Translations under genes and position numbers: made by a program
Origin: Camelus dromedarius
Taxonomy: Eukaryota
Reading direction: 5' to 3'
Length of the DNA stretch: 64,000 nucleotides
Assembly (NCBI RefSeq): GCF_036321535.1
Contig: NC_087436.1
Location: 84,074,001-84,138,000 of the forward strand
Notes under the pieces: model-generated
Seen by the model: the letters and a program-made list of their open reading frames with translations, nothing else
Told to the model about the DNA's origin: nothing
Databases searched by the model: none
Part shown: positions 63,700 through 64,000 of the stretch, one piece after another
Numbering within the stretch: the first letter of the stretch is position 1
Layout of the letters: every line of letters starts with the position of its first letter

Positions 63700-64000
63700 C
63701 CTGAAGAAAACAACAAATTATTCCATATGGAAAATAGTACAGAGGTTCCTCAAAAAATTAGAATTGAACTACCATATGATTCCACATCCACTTCTGAGTA
63801 TTTATATGACAGAAACAAAAACACTCAAAAAAATATATGCATGTCCACTGCAGCATTATTTACAATATCCAAAACATGGAAACAACCTAAATATTCATCA
63901 GTGGAGTAATGGTCATTTATCCATAAAAGGAATGAAATCTTGCCATTAGCAACATCATTGTTGGACCTTGAGGGCGTTATGCTAAATGAGATAAATCAGG
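63700..64000 (+). mobile_element. Old L1 fragment (ORF2 C-terminus), runs off the window end
   Basis: atggaaaatagtacagaggttcctcaaaaaattagaattgaactaccatatgat..aacatggaaacaacctaaat. Confidence 0.85.

Noticed and set aside
63353..63949. 198-aa ORF
   Set aside because: The 3' half is decayed L1 sequence and the 5' half has no recognisable homology or exon structure.

Overview
Mammalian genomic DNA, most likely camelid judging by the tRNA-derived SINE and young L1 families. It contains the complete REST (NRSF) gene on the minus strand: a CpG-island promoter with non-coding exon 1a (~32394-32049), coding exons at 26524-25630, 21163-21080 and 15234-13301 (970 aa, 9 C2H2 zinc fingers), the neural poison exon N (16168-16107) and a ~3.6 kb 3'UTR ending near 9660. 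The rest is repeat-rich intergenic or intronic DNA. The main findings are: (1) a ~3.07 kb ORF1-only (HAL1-like) composite retrotransposon at 48220-51285, with a separately inserted 5'-truncated copy at 157-404; (2) a tailless retrocopy of a tRNA-Cys(GCA) 5' half inside a site hit by four insertions; (3) an L1 3' transduction of an MLT1 LTR fragment; (4) a near-full-length Tigger2-like transposon in REST intron 1; (5) an RE1-like site and a uORF in the REST promoter region, plus substitutions at REST degradation motifs. Repeat family names and human comparisons are from recall, not from database searches.
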